From a virus (Duplodnaviria; Heunggongvirae; Uroviricota; Caudoviricetes): a stretch of DNA of 34,989 bases. The notes under the pieces were generated by a model. That model saw nothing but the letters and a program-made list of their open reading frames with translations, was not told the DNA's origin and made no database searches. Positions 1 to 8,111 of this stretch are shown piece by piece. The translations under genes and the position numbers were made by a program. The stretch lies in the IMG/VR virus record IMGVR_UViG_2778261298_000001; one strand, given 5' to 3'. Within the stretch, counting starts at the first letter, position 1; each line of letters starts with the position of its first letter.

Positions 1-1053
1 TTACGGGGTAATGCCAACCGCTGTCGCCACTTTGTCGCCACTTGGCAGCGTTGCCAGAGGATTGAAACGGAGCGCCGTTTCCAGATGATCCGGTGCCAGA
101 TGTGCGTAACGCATAGTCATTTTTATATCGTGGTGTCCGAGAATTTTTTGTAAGGCCAGAATGTTTCCACCCGACATCATGAAGTGCGCCGCAAACGTAT
201 GGCGCAGAACGTGTGTGAGTTGACCGCGAGGGAGCACGATAGACGTTTTTTCCATCACGGATAAAAATTGAAAATAGCAGTCTGTGAAGAAATTGAACCC
301 ATCAAGCGCCATGATCTCTTCGTAAAGCTCTTTACTGATAGGGATGCTTCTGTTTTTCTTCCCCTTCGTTCTTACAAAGGTAATTCGGTATTTGGTCACC
401 TGTGAACGAGTAAGATTTACGGCTTCTCGCCAGCGTGCGCCTGTGCTTAAGCATATCTTAACTACCAGTGCCAGAATTGGGTCCTGACGTTTGCAATCAG
501 CCAGTAATTCAACAATCTGCTCATGGGTAAGCCATGCCATCTCTTTTTCTGCGATGGTGAATTTTCGCATGTTCTCCAGTGGGTTCGGATACGACCATTC
601 GCCCAGGCGGGATAGTTCGCTAAAAACACTACTTAGATAGCTTTGCTCCAGGTTAATGGTGACCGGGCTTGCTCCTTTCTTCCATTTCTCGCTGAAGTAG
701 ATCTCACCTGTCAGGCGTTTATCTCGATAGTGGGCAAACATTTTAGAGGTTAGATCAGTTGCAAGGGGATTGCCCAGAGCGTCAACCATCAGCAGCAATT
801 TGTCATAGACATGCTGCCCAGCAGTCAGTGATTTACCATGTAGTTTGAACCATAGCTCAACCACGTCTTTCAGTGTTCGACGATCCACTGATTCACCTAG
901 CCAGGGCTTTGCTTCGGTTTCTTCCATCGTGTGACGCTCAAAAGCCAGTGCTTCGCCTTTGGTGGCGAATTGTTTACGCACACGACGCCCACTACGTCCG
1001 GCGGGGTAACATTCGCAAAGCCATTTTCCTGTGGTGAGTTTTCGTACAGCCAT
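1..1053 (-). CDS. int: Tyrosine integrase (P2/186 Int family)
   Basis: C-terminal ...HVLRHTFAAHFMMSGGNILALQKILGHHDIKMTMRYAHL is the tyrosine recombinase catalytic region. The N-terminus MAVRKLTTGKWLCECYPAGRSGRR resembles P2/186 Int. Start chosen at the internal ATG (1051..1053) preceded by GGAGGG, not the track's 1131. Confidence 0.9.
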   Translation of the reverse strand: MAVRKLTTGKWLCECYPAGRSGRRVRKQFATKGEALAFERHTMEETEAKPWLGESVDRRTLKDVVELWFKLHGKSLTAGQHVYDKLLLMVDALGNPLATDLTSKMFAHYRDKRLTGEIYFSEKWKKGASPVTINLEQSYLSSVFSELSRLGEWSYPNPLENMRKFTIAEKEMAWLTHEQIVELLADCKRQDPILALVVKICLSTGARWREAVNLTRSQVTKYRITFVRTKGKKNRSIPISKELYEEIMALDGFNFFTDCYFQFLSVMEKTSIVLPRGQLTHVLRHTFAAHFMMSGGNILALQKILGHHDIKMTMRYAHLAPDHLETALRFNPLATLPSGDKVATAVGITP

Positions 1054-1241
1054 AAAAAATGCCCTCCAATAGAGAGCATTTTTACTGTATGTATAACCAG
1101 TGTCAATGTATGAAATCCTGCGACCATACATCTCACTGAAGCCATAATGAAGTAGGCTATTCTTTTTGCTATGTGATCATGTAACTTTTGCGGTTAACCT
1201 GTGGCTCATTTTTATTTTAGGCGCAGATATAAAAGCAAAAG

Positions 1242-1433
1242 TTATCGTGAGTTTTTAGTACAGATTTTTTTGGATTTACTAATAGTTCCATCATTGCAAA
1301 CGAATTTGCCATCAGAGGTACAGTGAGAAACACCTCCCTTTTTCCCTGAGCAGGGATAATTTCTAGCATAGGTAGCTAGTGGGTTTAATAACAAAGAACA
1401 TGACAAAACCACAAAAAATACCTTACCAAGCAT
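1242..1433 (-). CDS. Small cysteine-containing protein with an N-terminal signal peptide, between the repressor and int
   Basis: 63 aa; hydrophobic N-terminus [23 protein letters not shown] followed by a Cys-rich polar region. Strong GGGAGGA RBS 5 nt upstream of the ATG. AT-rich. Confidence 0.55.
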   Translation of the reverse strand: MLGKVFFVVLSCSLLLNPLATYARNYPCSGKKGGVSHCTSDGKFVCNDGTISKSKKICTKNSR

Positions 1434-1448
1434 AATTTCCTCCCGGTA

Positions 1449-2024
1449 CTATTTAACATACTTGACTGTTAAACTTATAATTTTACCAATTATTTCAATG
1501 TCTTCTATCTTACATTCGAAGGCTCTGTTTCCACCCTCGACGAAGATTCTTCCACCGGGTAAACGAGTAATGTCACGGATCGTTATTTCGCCATCAATAC
1601 TTATTACCCATTTACCATCACGTATATCATCAAATTCCTTATCACAAATAAATTCAGAATTATTATCTGTGATTACAAAAAGATTCTTGAATGCCGACGG
1701 TAGAAATTCTCTATCGAAAATATAAAAACCGTCTTCACACAAGGCCCCATCAGATAATACATATTTAGCAACTTCCATAGTATTTGTATTACCTGAAGTT
1801 TGCTTTGAACCATGCCCGGTTGTGAGCCAATTAAGCGAGGTGCCTGTTTCAAGGGCGCACTGGATTACCCATTCTGCTGGGAATGAGTCACGCATGTAGC
1901 GTGTGGCGAGTGTACTTTTAGAGATTCCTAAATGATCGCACAACGCCTGTCGAGTCTTGAATCCATAAGCTTCTACCATGCGCTCTATGGCGCCTCGTCC
2001 GCCTTTCTCCAAATTCATGGTCAC
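1449..2024 (-). CDS. cI: CI-type immunity repressor (186 CI-like)
   Basis: 191 aa, leftward, upstream of int in the same operon as in 186. N-terminal helix-turn-helix-like segment (GFKTRQALCDHLGISKSTLATRY). GGAG RBS before the ATG. Confidence 0.75.
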   Translation of the reverse strand: MTMNLEKGGRGAIERMVEAYGFKTRQALCDHLGISKSTLATRYMRDSFPAEWVIQCALETGTSLNWLTTGHGSKQTSGNTNTMEVAKYVLSDGALCEDGFYIFDREFLPSAFKNLFVITDNNSEFICDKEFDDIRDGKWVISIDGEITIRDITRLPGGRIFVEGGNRAFECKIEDIEIIGKIISLTVKYVK

Positions 2025-2042
2025 TCCAAGTGAACTTTTATC

Positions 2043-2071
2043 TTGACGATTTCAATGTGCGATCGTATGTT
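2043..2071 (+). promoter_or_regulatory. Candidate rightward lytic promoter (pR-like) in the switch region
   Basis: TTGACG, 17-nt spacer, TATGTT, lying between the divergent repressor and apl-like genes. Confidence 0.4.
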
Positions 2072-2143
2072 TATGGTGTTCACAAAATACAAACGATCCG
2101 TATTCGTCCTGATTAATCATCATTAAACGAGGAATGTTGCATC

Positions 2144-2365
2144 ATGAGACCTAACATTTCAATCACTCTTACCACGCCTCATGTGACTATTGAACGCTAT
2201 AGCGAGCTGACAGGGCTATCCATCGATACCATCAATGACATGTTGGCTGATGGACGCCTTATCCGTCACCGTCTGCGCAAAGATAAAAAACGCGAAAAAG
2301 TGATGATCAACATAGCAGCAATGACCGTTGATGCGCTTTCAGAATGCAATCTAAACCTTAATTAG
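2144..2365 (+). CDS. apl: Apl/Cox-like small DNA-binding protein (excisionase / repressor of pL)
   Basis: 73 aa, first gene transcribed rightward from the switch region, with a GAGGA RBS. Called by position as in 186. Confidence 0.6.
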   Translation: MRPNISITLTTPHVTIERYSELTGLSIDTINDMLADGRLIRHRLRKDKKREKVMINIAAMTVDALSECNLNLN

Positions 2366-2397
2366 TTCGATTCTGAAATACATCAGAGGCATTGACC

Positions 2398-2907
2398 ATG
2401 TTTGATTACCAAGTTTCCAAACATCCACATTTTGATGAAGCCTGTCGTGCATTTGCACTGCGCCACAATCTGGTGCAACTGGCAGAACGTGCAGGCATGA
2501 ATGTGCAGATTCTGCGGAACAAGCTGAACCCAGCTCAGCCTCATTTATTAACCGCACCAGAAATCTGGCTGCTTACCGATCTGACTGAAGATTCAACGCT
2601 GGTAGATGGTTTTCTGGCACAGATTCATTGTCTGCCATGTGTACCGATTAATGAGGTGGCAAAAGAGAAACTGCCACATTACGTCATGAGTGCAACCGCA
2701 GAGATCGGGCGTGTTGCTGCAGGTGCGGTGTCTGGCGATGTAAAAACCTGTGCCGGTCGTCGTGATGCTATCAGCAGCATTAACTCTGTAACACGACTGA
2801 TGGCGCTGGCGGCTGTTTCATTGCAGGCCCGTTTACAGGCTAATCCTGCGATGGCGAGTGCAGTTGATACCGTGACTGGCCTCGGTGCTTCATTTGGTTT
2901 GCTGTGA
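2398..2907 (+). CDS. cII: CII-like lysogeny establishment protein
   Basis: N-terminus [20 protein letters not shown]... matches my recollection of 186 CII. Start moved to the ATG at 2398 (track used TTG 2392); AGAGG RBS. Confidence 0.75.
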   Translation: MFDYQVSKHPHFDEACRAFALRHNLVQLAERAGMNVQILRNKLNPAQPHLLTAPEIWLLTDLTEDSTLVDGFLAQIHCLPCVPINEVAKEKLPHYVMSATAEIGRVAAGAVSGDVKTCAGRRDAISSINSVTRLMALAAVSLQARLQANPAMASAVDTVTGLGASFGLL

Positions 2908-2914
2908 GGTGCTT

Positions 2915-3115
2915 ATGCTGACGAAAGAACCATCATTTGCATCGCTGCTGGTTAAACAAAGCCCGGCAATGCATTACGGTCACGGCTGGATCATGGGTGA
3001 GGATGGTAAACGCTGGCATCCGTGCCGTTCACAAGATGAATTGCTGGCAGAACTATCTACGAAAAAACGGGGGAACAAATGGCTATTGAAGGCGCTGCGG
3101 CGACTGTTCCATTAA
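2915..3115 (+). CDS. Small early protein, Fil-like by position
   Basis: ORF downstream of cII; internal ATG at 2915 has a GAGG RBS. Function assigned from position only. Confidence 0.4.
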   Translation: MLTKEPSFASLLVKQSPAMHYGHGWIMGEDGKRWHPCRSQDELLAELSTKKRGNKWLLKALRRLFH

Positions 3116-3420
3116 GCCCCGGTGAACGCCTGAATGGACTTAATCACATAGCGGAATTAAGGGCGAAAGTTTTTGGTTTGAATATTGAGTCAGAGCTTGA
3201 GCGGTTTATTAAAGATATGCGTGATCCACGGGATATCAATAATGAACAAAATAAACGGGCACTGGCTGCCATATTCTTTATGGCAAAAATTCCAGCTGAA
3301 CGTCATAGCATCAGCATTAATGAGCTGACCACTGACGAAAAGCGGGAGTTGATTAAAGCAATGAATCATTTTCGTGCAGTGGTGAGCTTATTTCCCAGAC
3401 GGCTAACCATGCCGAATTAA
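3079..3420 (+). CDS. Hypothetical early protein
   Basis: 113-aa ORF with ATG and a GGGGGA RBS; no motif recognised. Confidence 0.45.
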   Translation: MAIEGAAATVPLSPGERLNGLNHIAELRAKVFGLNIESELERFIKDMRDPRDINNEQNKRALAAIFFMAKIPAERHSISINELTTDEKRELIKAMNHFRAVVSLFPRRLTMPN

Positions 3421-3487
3421 CCAACTAATGAAATTAATGGCGTAAACCCGCCGGGCATCCCTTTATCTAAATTCAGGAGAATTGCTT

Positions 3488-3721
3488 ATGCGTAATATTG
3501 AAACCCTCACGACCAAAACCGGACCGGATGATGCAGGTCTTAATCTTTTACTGACAGAGGCTCGTCTGGAAGAACGCCGGGCAAGGGCTGAAGCAATGGC
3601 TGCTCGCCTCGATAGCCTGGCGTGTCATATCACCTCCCGCCAGCTAAACCACGTCGAAGCGGCAGAACTGCTGCGTGTGACTGCTGAAGCAATCCAGAAC
3701 GAAGCGCAGGAGATCCACTGA
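3488..3721 (+). CDS. Hypothetical early protein (possibly DUF2732-type)
   Basis: About 77 aa with an AGGAG RBS. Resembles the small conserved ORFs in the P2 early operon; family assignment is from memory. Confidence 0.4.
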   Translation: MRNIETLTTKTGPDDAGLNLLLTEARLEERRARAEAMAARLDSLACHITSRQLNHVEAAELLRVTAEAIQNEAQEIH

Positions 3722-3948
3722 TGGCTGATGCAATGGATCTCGTACAGCAGCGCGTTGAAGAAGAACGCCAACGCCATATCCGTGCTGCCCGTGCCAAAAC
3801 GCCGGGCGTGTCCCGCGTGCTTTGCGTTGAGTGTGAAGCGCCAATTCCGCCAGCACGCCGCCGTGCCATTCCTGGAGTGCAGCTTTGCATTACCTGCCAG
3901 GAAATCGCAGAGCTGAAAGGCAAACATTACAACGGAGGTGCTGTATGA
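3721..3948 (+). CDS. TraR/DksA-family C4 zinc-finger protein
   Basis: CVEC...(17 aa)...CITC four-cysteine motif in a 75-aa protein; start overlaps the upstream stop (TGATG). Confidence 0.7.
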   Translation: MADAMDLVQQRVEEERQRHIRAARAKTPGVSRVLCVECEAPIPPARRRAIPGVQLCITCQEIAELKGKHYNGGAV

Positions 3949-4802
3949 GCACCATCCTGAAATGGGCGGGTAATAAAACCGCCATTATGTCCGAACTGAA
4001 AAAATACCTTCCTGCTGGCCCGCGACTGGTTGAACCTTTCGCGGGTTCTTGTGCTGTGATGATGGCGACGGATTACCCCAGCTATCTGGTTGCGGATATT
4101 AATCCTGATTTAATCAACCTCTATAAAAAGATTGCCGCTGATTGCGAAGCGTTTATATCTCGTGCCAAAGTTTTATTTGGGGAAGCAAACAGTGAGCTGG
4201 CTTATTACAACATAAGACAGGAGTTTAATTACTCAACTGAAATTACTGATTTCATGAAGGCGATATATTTCCTGTATCTCAATCGTCACGGTTACCGTGG
4301 TTTATGTCGCTATAACAAGAGCGGGTATTTCAACATTCCCTACGGTAATTATAAAAATCCGTATTTCCCTGAAAAAGAAATTCGCGCATTTGCAGAGAAA
4401 GCCCAGCGGGCAACGTTTATCTGCGCGAGCTTTGATGAAACGCTGGCGATGCTGCAGGTGGGGGATGTGGTGTATTGCGATCCGCCGTATGACGGTACGT
4501 TTTCCGGCTATCACACTGATGGTTTCACTGAAGATGACCAGTATCACCTGGCATCCATTCTTGAACATCGGTCATCAGAAGGACATCCGGTCATTGTTTC
4601 TAACAATGACACATCCCTGATTCGTTCGCTGTATCGCAATTTTACTCACCACTATATCAAGGCAAAACGCAGCATCGGCGTGTCAGCTGGCGAGGGTAAA
4701 TCTGCAACAGAAATCATTGCTGTTTCCGGGCCGAGCTGCTGGTTGGGATTTGATCCTTCGCGTGGCGTGGATAGTTCTGCCGTGTACGGAGTGTGTGTAT
4801 GA
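3945..4802 (+). CDS. dam: Phage-encoded DNA adenine methyltransferase (Dam family)
   Basis: N-terminal LKWAGNK...EPFAGS AdoMet-binding region and catalytic DPPY motif (VYCDPPYDG). GGAGG RBS upstream of the ATG at 3945. Confidence 0.85.
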   Translation: MSTILKWAGNKTAIMSELKKYLPAGPRLVEPFAGSCAVMMATDYPSYLVADINPDLINLYKKIAADCEAFISRAKVLFGEANSELAYYNIRQEFNYSTEITDFMKAIYFLYLNRHGYRGLCRYNKSGYFNIPYGNYKNPYFPEKEIRAFAEKAQRATFICASFDETLAMLQVGDVVYCDPPYDGTFSGYHTDGFTEDDQYHLASILEHRSSEGHPVIVSNNDTSLIRSLYRNFTHHYIKAKRSIGVSAGEGKSATEIIAVSGPSCWLGFDPSRGVDSSAVYGVCV

Positions 4803-7213
4803 GTCATGACGATATGAACAATTGCAGCGGCTTTAACGAGGCCGCCGCAGCATTTTCATGGAACGGCTCGAAAAAGGCCATTAACCCTTATCTGGACCCG
4901 GCGGAAGTTGCGCCGGAGTCTGCACTTTCAAACCTGATCACTCTGTACGCTGCCGATAATGAGCAGGAACAACTGCGCCGCGAGGCACTGAGTGAGCAGG
5001 TCTGGGAGCGTTATTTCTTTAATGAATCCCGTGATCCTGTCCAGCGCGAAATGGAGCAGGATAAGCTCATTAGCCGGGCAAAGCTGGCGCATGAGCAGCA
5101 GCGTTTTAATCCGGACATGGTCATTCTGGCGGACGTAAACGCCCAGCCTTCCCATATCAGCAAGCCGCTGATGCAACGTATTGAATACTTCAGCAGCCTG
5201 GGCAGGCCAAAGGCTTATTCCCGCTATTTGCGTGAGACGATTAAGCCATGTCTGGAGCGACTGGATTGTGTACGTGACAGTCAGCTATCTGTTTCTTTCC
5301 GTTTTATGGCAAGCCATCAAGGGCTGGAGGGGCTGCTGATCCTGCCTGAAATGAGCCAGGATCAGGTGAAACGCCTGTCCACCCTGGTAGCAGCGCATAT
5401 GAGCATGTGTCTTGAGGACGCTTGTGGTGATTTGTATGCCACCGATGACGTTAAGCCAGAAGAAATCCGCAAGACATGGGAAAAGGTGGCAGCGGAAACC
5501 CTGCGTCTGGATGTTATCCCGCCTGCGTTTGAGAAACTTCGTCGGAAAAGAAACCGCCGCAAACCAGTGCCCTATGAACTCATCCCGGGTTCGCTGGCGC
5601 GTATGTTGTGTGCCGACTGGTGGTATCGGAAATTATGGAAGATGCGTTGCGAATGGCGGGAAGAGCAGTTGCGTGCTGTCTGCCTGGTCAGCAAAAAAGC
5701 ATCCCCCTATGTCAGCTATGAAGCCGTGATGCATAAACGTGAGCAGCGCCGTAAGTCGCTGGAGTTTTTTCGTTCTCATGAACTGGTGAACGAAGACGGC
5801 GACACGCTGGATATGGAAGATGTGGTAAACGCCAGCAGCAGCAACCCGGCGCATCGCCGCAATGAGATGATGGCCTGTGTTAAAGGTCTGGAGCTTATCG
5901 CGGAAATGCGCAGTGACTGTGCCGTTTTCTACACTATCACCTGTCCGTCGCGTTTCCATTCCACGCTCAATAACGGCAGACCAAACCCGACCTGGACAAA
6001 CGCGACGGTAAGACAAAGTAGCGATTATCTGGTCGGCATGTTTGCTGCATTTCGTAAGGCTATGCATAAAGCCGAGTTGCGCTGGTATGGCGTGCGGGTA
6101 GCTGAGCCGCATCATGACGGTACTGTGCACTGGCATCTCATGTGTTTCATGCGTAAAAAAGACCGCCGCGCCATCACTGCATTACTGCGTAAGTTTGCCA
6201 TCCGTGAAGACCGCGAGGAGCTGGGCAATAACACGGGACCACGCTTTAAGTCTGAGCTGATAAACCCGCGCAAAGGTACGCCAACAAGCTATATCGCGAA
6301 ATACATCAGTAAGAACATTGACGGGCGTGGTCTGGCTGGGGAGATCAGCAAGGAAACGGGTAAATCCCTGCGTGATAACGCTGAATACGTTAATGCCTGG
6401 GCGTCTCTGCATCGTGTTCAGCAATTCCGCTTCTTTGGCATTCCGGGGCGTCAGGCTTACCGTGAACTGCGATTGCTGGCTGGTCAGGCGGCAAGGCAAC
6501 AGGGTGACAAAAAAGCAGGTGCGCCGGTACTGGATAACCCGCGCCTTGATGCCATTCTGGCTGCTGCTGATGCTGGTTGTTTTGCCACCTATATCATGAA
6601 GCAGGGCGGCGTACTGGTTCCCCGTAAATATCACCTCATCAGAACCGCTTATGAAATCAACGAAGAGCCAACCGCCTATGGCGATCACGGTATTCGTATT
6701 TATGGCATCTGGTCACCCATTGCAGAGGGCAAGATCTGCACTCATGCGGTGAAGTGGAAAATGGTTCGTAAGGCCGTTGACGTTCAGGAGGCGGCAGCCG
6801 ACCAGGGCGCTTGCGCCCCTTGGACTCGTGGCAATAACTGTCCCCTTGCTGAAAATTTGAACCAACAGGAGAAAGATAAATCAGCTGATGGGGACACCAG
6901 AACGGATATTACCCGCATGGATGACAAGGAGTTGCACGATTATCTGCACAGTATGAGCAAAAAAGAGCGCCGGGAACTGGCAGCAAGGTTACGCCTGGTT
7001 AAGCCGAAACGGCGTAAGGACTACAAACAGCGAATTACAGATCATCAACGACAGCAGCTCGTCTATGAACTGAAGTCCAGAGGATTTGATGGCAGCGAGA
7101 AAGAGGTCGATTTACTCCTTCGCGGTGGCAGTATTCCGTCAGGAGCAGGCCTGCGTATCTTCTATCGGAACCAGCGTTTGCAGGAAGATGATAAGTGGCG
7201 AAACCTGTATTAA
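4799..7213 (+). CDS. A: Replication initiation endonuclease (P2 gpA / 186 A family, rolling-circle)
   Basis: About 800 aa with the HxH-type motif [14 protein letters not shown] at 4799 overlaps the dam stop. Confidence 0.85.
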   Translation: MSHDDMNNCSGFNEAAAAFSWNGSKKAINPYLDPAEVAPESALSNLITLYAADNEQEQLRREALSEQVWERYFFNESRDPVQREMEQDKLISRAKLAHEQQRFNPDMVILADVNAQPSHISKPLMQRIEYFSSLGRPKAYSRYLRETIKPCLERLDCVRDSQLSVSFRFMASHQGLEGLLILPEMSQDQVKRLSTLVAAHMSMCLEDACGDLYATDDVKPEEIRKTWEKVAAETLRLDVIPPAFEKLRRKRNRRKPVPYELIPGSLARMLCADWWYRKLWKMRCEWREEQLRAVCLVSKKASPYVSYEAVMHKREQRRKSLEFFRSHELVNEDGDTLDMEDVVNASSSNPAHRRNEMMACVKGLELIAEMRSDCAVFYTITCPSRFHSTLNNGRPNPTWTNATVRQSSDYLVGMFAAFRKAMHKAELRWYGVRVAEPHHDGTVHWHLMCFMRKKDRRAITALLRKFAIREDREELGNNTGPRFKSELINPRKGTPTSYIAKYISKNIDGRGLAGEISKETGKSLRDNAEYVNAWASLHRVQQFRFFGIPGRQAYRELRLLAGQAARQQGDKKAGAPVLDNPRLDAILAAADAGCFATYIMKQGGVLVPRKYHLIRTAYEINEEPTAYGDHGIRIYGIWSPIAEGKICTHAVKWKMVRKAVDVQEAAADQGACAPWTRGNNCPLAENLNQQEKDKSADGDTRTDITRMDDKELHDYLHSMSKKERRELAARLRLVKPKRRKDYKQRITDHQRQQLVYELKSRGFDGSEKEVDLLLRGGSIPSGAGLRIFYRNQRLQEDDKWRNLY

Positions 7214-7305
7214 TTACGCGGGTTAACAATTCGTGCTCTTAATAATACCAGGCATATCAGGCTGATGAACGTAAAAAAACGTTTTACATCAGTAAGATTA
7301 TTATA

Positions 7306-7325
7306 TACTGTAAATATAAACAGTA
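7306..7325 (+). promoter_or_regulatory. LexA operator (SOS box) overlapping a promoter
   Basis: TACTGTAAATATAAACAGTA matches the TACTG-(AT-rich 10 nt)-CAGTA consensus. TATACT (-10-like) lies immediately upstream; the AGGAGG RBS and the ATG at 7366 follow. Confidence 0.7.
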
Positions 7326-7365
7326 GTTATATATACAGTATTGCTTTGGTGTCATAGGAGGAAAG

Positions 7366-7554
7366 ATGCAGGACTATTTTTTGGAGTCTTTGAAGCTCCA
7401 GCGCATTGATTTTTTTCTTAAGCTTGTAGCGGCTAGTGAGTGTAGTGATGAAGAGAAGGGGCTGGCTCTGCAGTGGGTTTCTGAACTGACAGATGAACTC
7501 ATGGCAAAAATCAGAACCCACGAATACAACCGCTCAATGGATGTCATCAGCTGA
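7366..7554 (+). CDS. SOS-controlled small protein, candidate Tum-like antirepressor module
   Basis: 62-aa ORF with an AGGAGG RBS directly downstream of the LexA box. Functional call is by position and analogy with the 186 SOS operon. Confidence 0.45.
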   Translation: MQDYFLESLKLQRIDFFLKLVAASECSDEEKGLALQWVSELTDELMAKIRTHEYNRSMDVIS

Positions 7555-7564
7555 GGTGACTTTT

Positions 7565-7798
7565 ATGCGCATTGAAATAATGATCGATAAAGAGCAGAAG
7601 ATTAGCCAGTCTACACTGGACGCCCTTGAATCCGAGCTTTACCGCAATCTGCGCCCCCTGTATCCCAAAACGGTAATTCGTATCCGCAAAGGTAGCTCTA
7701 ACGGTGTGGAACTGACCGGACTGCAACTGGACGAAGAAAGAAAACAAGTGATGAAAATTATGCAGAAGGTGTGGGAAGACGACAGCTGGCTGCATTAA
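7565..7798 (+). CDS. DinI-family protein
   Basis: MRIEIMIDKEQKISQSTLDALESELYRNL...KVWEDDSWLH has DinI-like length and N-/C-terminal features. Own GAGG RBS; different frame from the upstream ORF. Confidence 0.7.
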   Translation: MRIEIMIDKEQKISQSTLDALESELYRNLRPLYPKTVIRIRKGSSNGVELTGLQLDEERKQVMKIMQKVWEDDSWLH

Positions 7799-7933
7799 GA
7801 AACGTTGCTGGCGTCTGAACTTGTTTCTGGCGTCAGCAAGGTTGAACAACGAGCCCTTGCGAGGCGTTAGCTCTGTAGTGCATGTCTATGCCGCATGAGA
7901 TCGCATGATCGTTTGAGGATCGTTTTTGCTAAG

Positions 7934-7958
7934 GCCCGCCAGAACTGGCGGGCTTTTG
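7934..7958 (+). terminator. Intrinsic terminator after the SOS operon
   Basis: GCCCGCCAG-aa-CTGGCGGGC hairpin followed by TTTTG. Confidence 0.6.
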
Positions 7959-8002
7959 CGTAGATAATGCACCTGCATGAAAACCACTACATAAAGCGGG
8001 CA

Positions 8003-8021
8003 GGCGTGGCGGGGATACGAG
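8003..8021. other. Candidate cos (cohesive end) site
   Basis: GGCGTGGCGGGGATACGAG; the first 13 nt match the 19-nt cohesive end I recall for P2/186 (GGCG[A/T]GGCGGGGAAAGCA.). Recalled, not verified. Confidence 0.4.
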
Positions 8022-8111
8022 CGCGCGTTGCAAACCATGTCGATGCTGTTATCATTTGCAGCAAGTTTTCAAAGTGCTAAAGCATTCTTTAATTCCAAGG
8101 TAGGTATAGAT

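Noticed and set aside
1054-1131. N-terminal 26-codon extension of the integrase ORF given in the track
   Set aside because: The internal ATG at 1051..1053 has a strong GGAGGG RBS and gives the conserved MAVRKL... N-terminus; the extension has no RBS.
7326-7340. Possible second LexA box overlapping the first
   Set aside because: Only the CAGTA half-site is present; there is no matching TACTG partner at the correct spacing.
7803-7840. CTGGCGTC repeated twice after the DinI-like gene, considered as a terminator
   Set aside because: The repeats are direct, not inverted; the real hairpin terminator is at 7934..7958.
8028-8111. Upstream ATG start for the ATPase-TOPRIM ORF
   Set aside because: It begins 7 bp after the candidate cos sequence and lacks an RBS; ABC-type ATPases normally start directly with the first beta-strand (MIAGLFIRN...).
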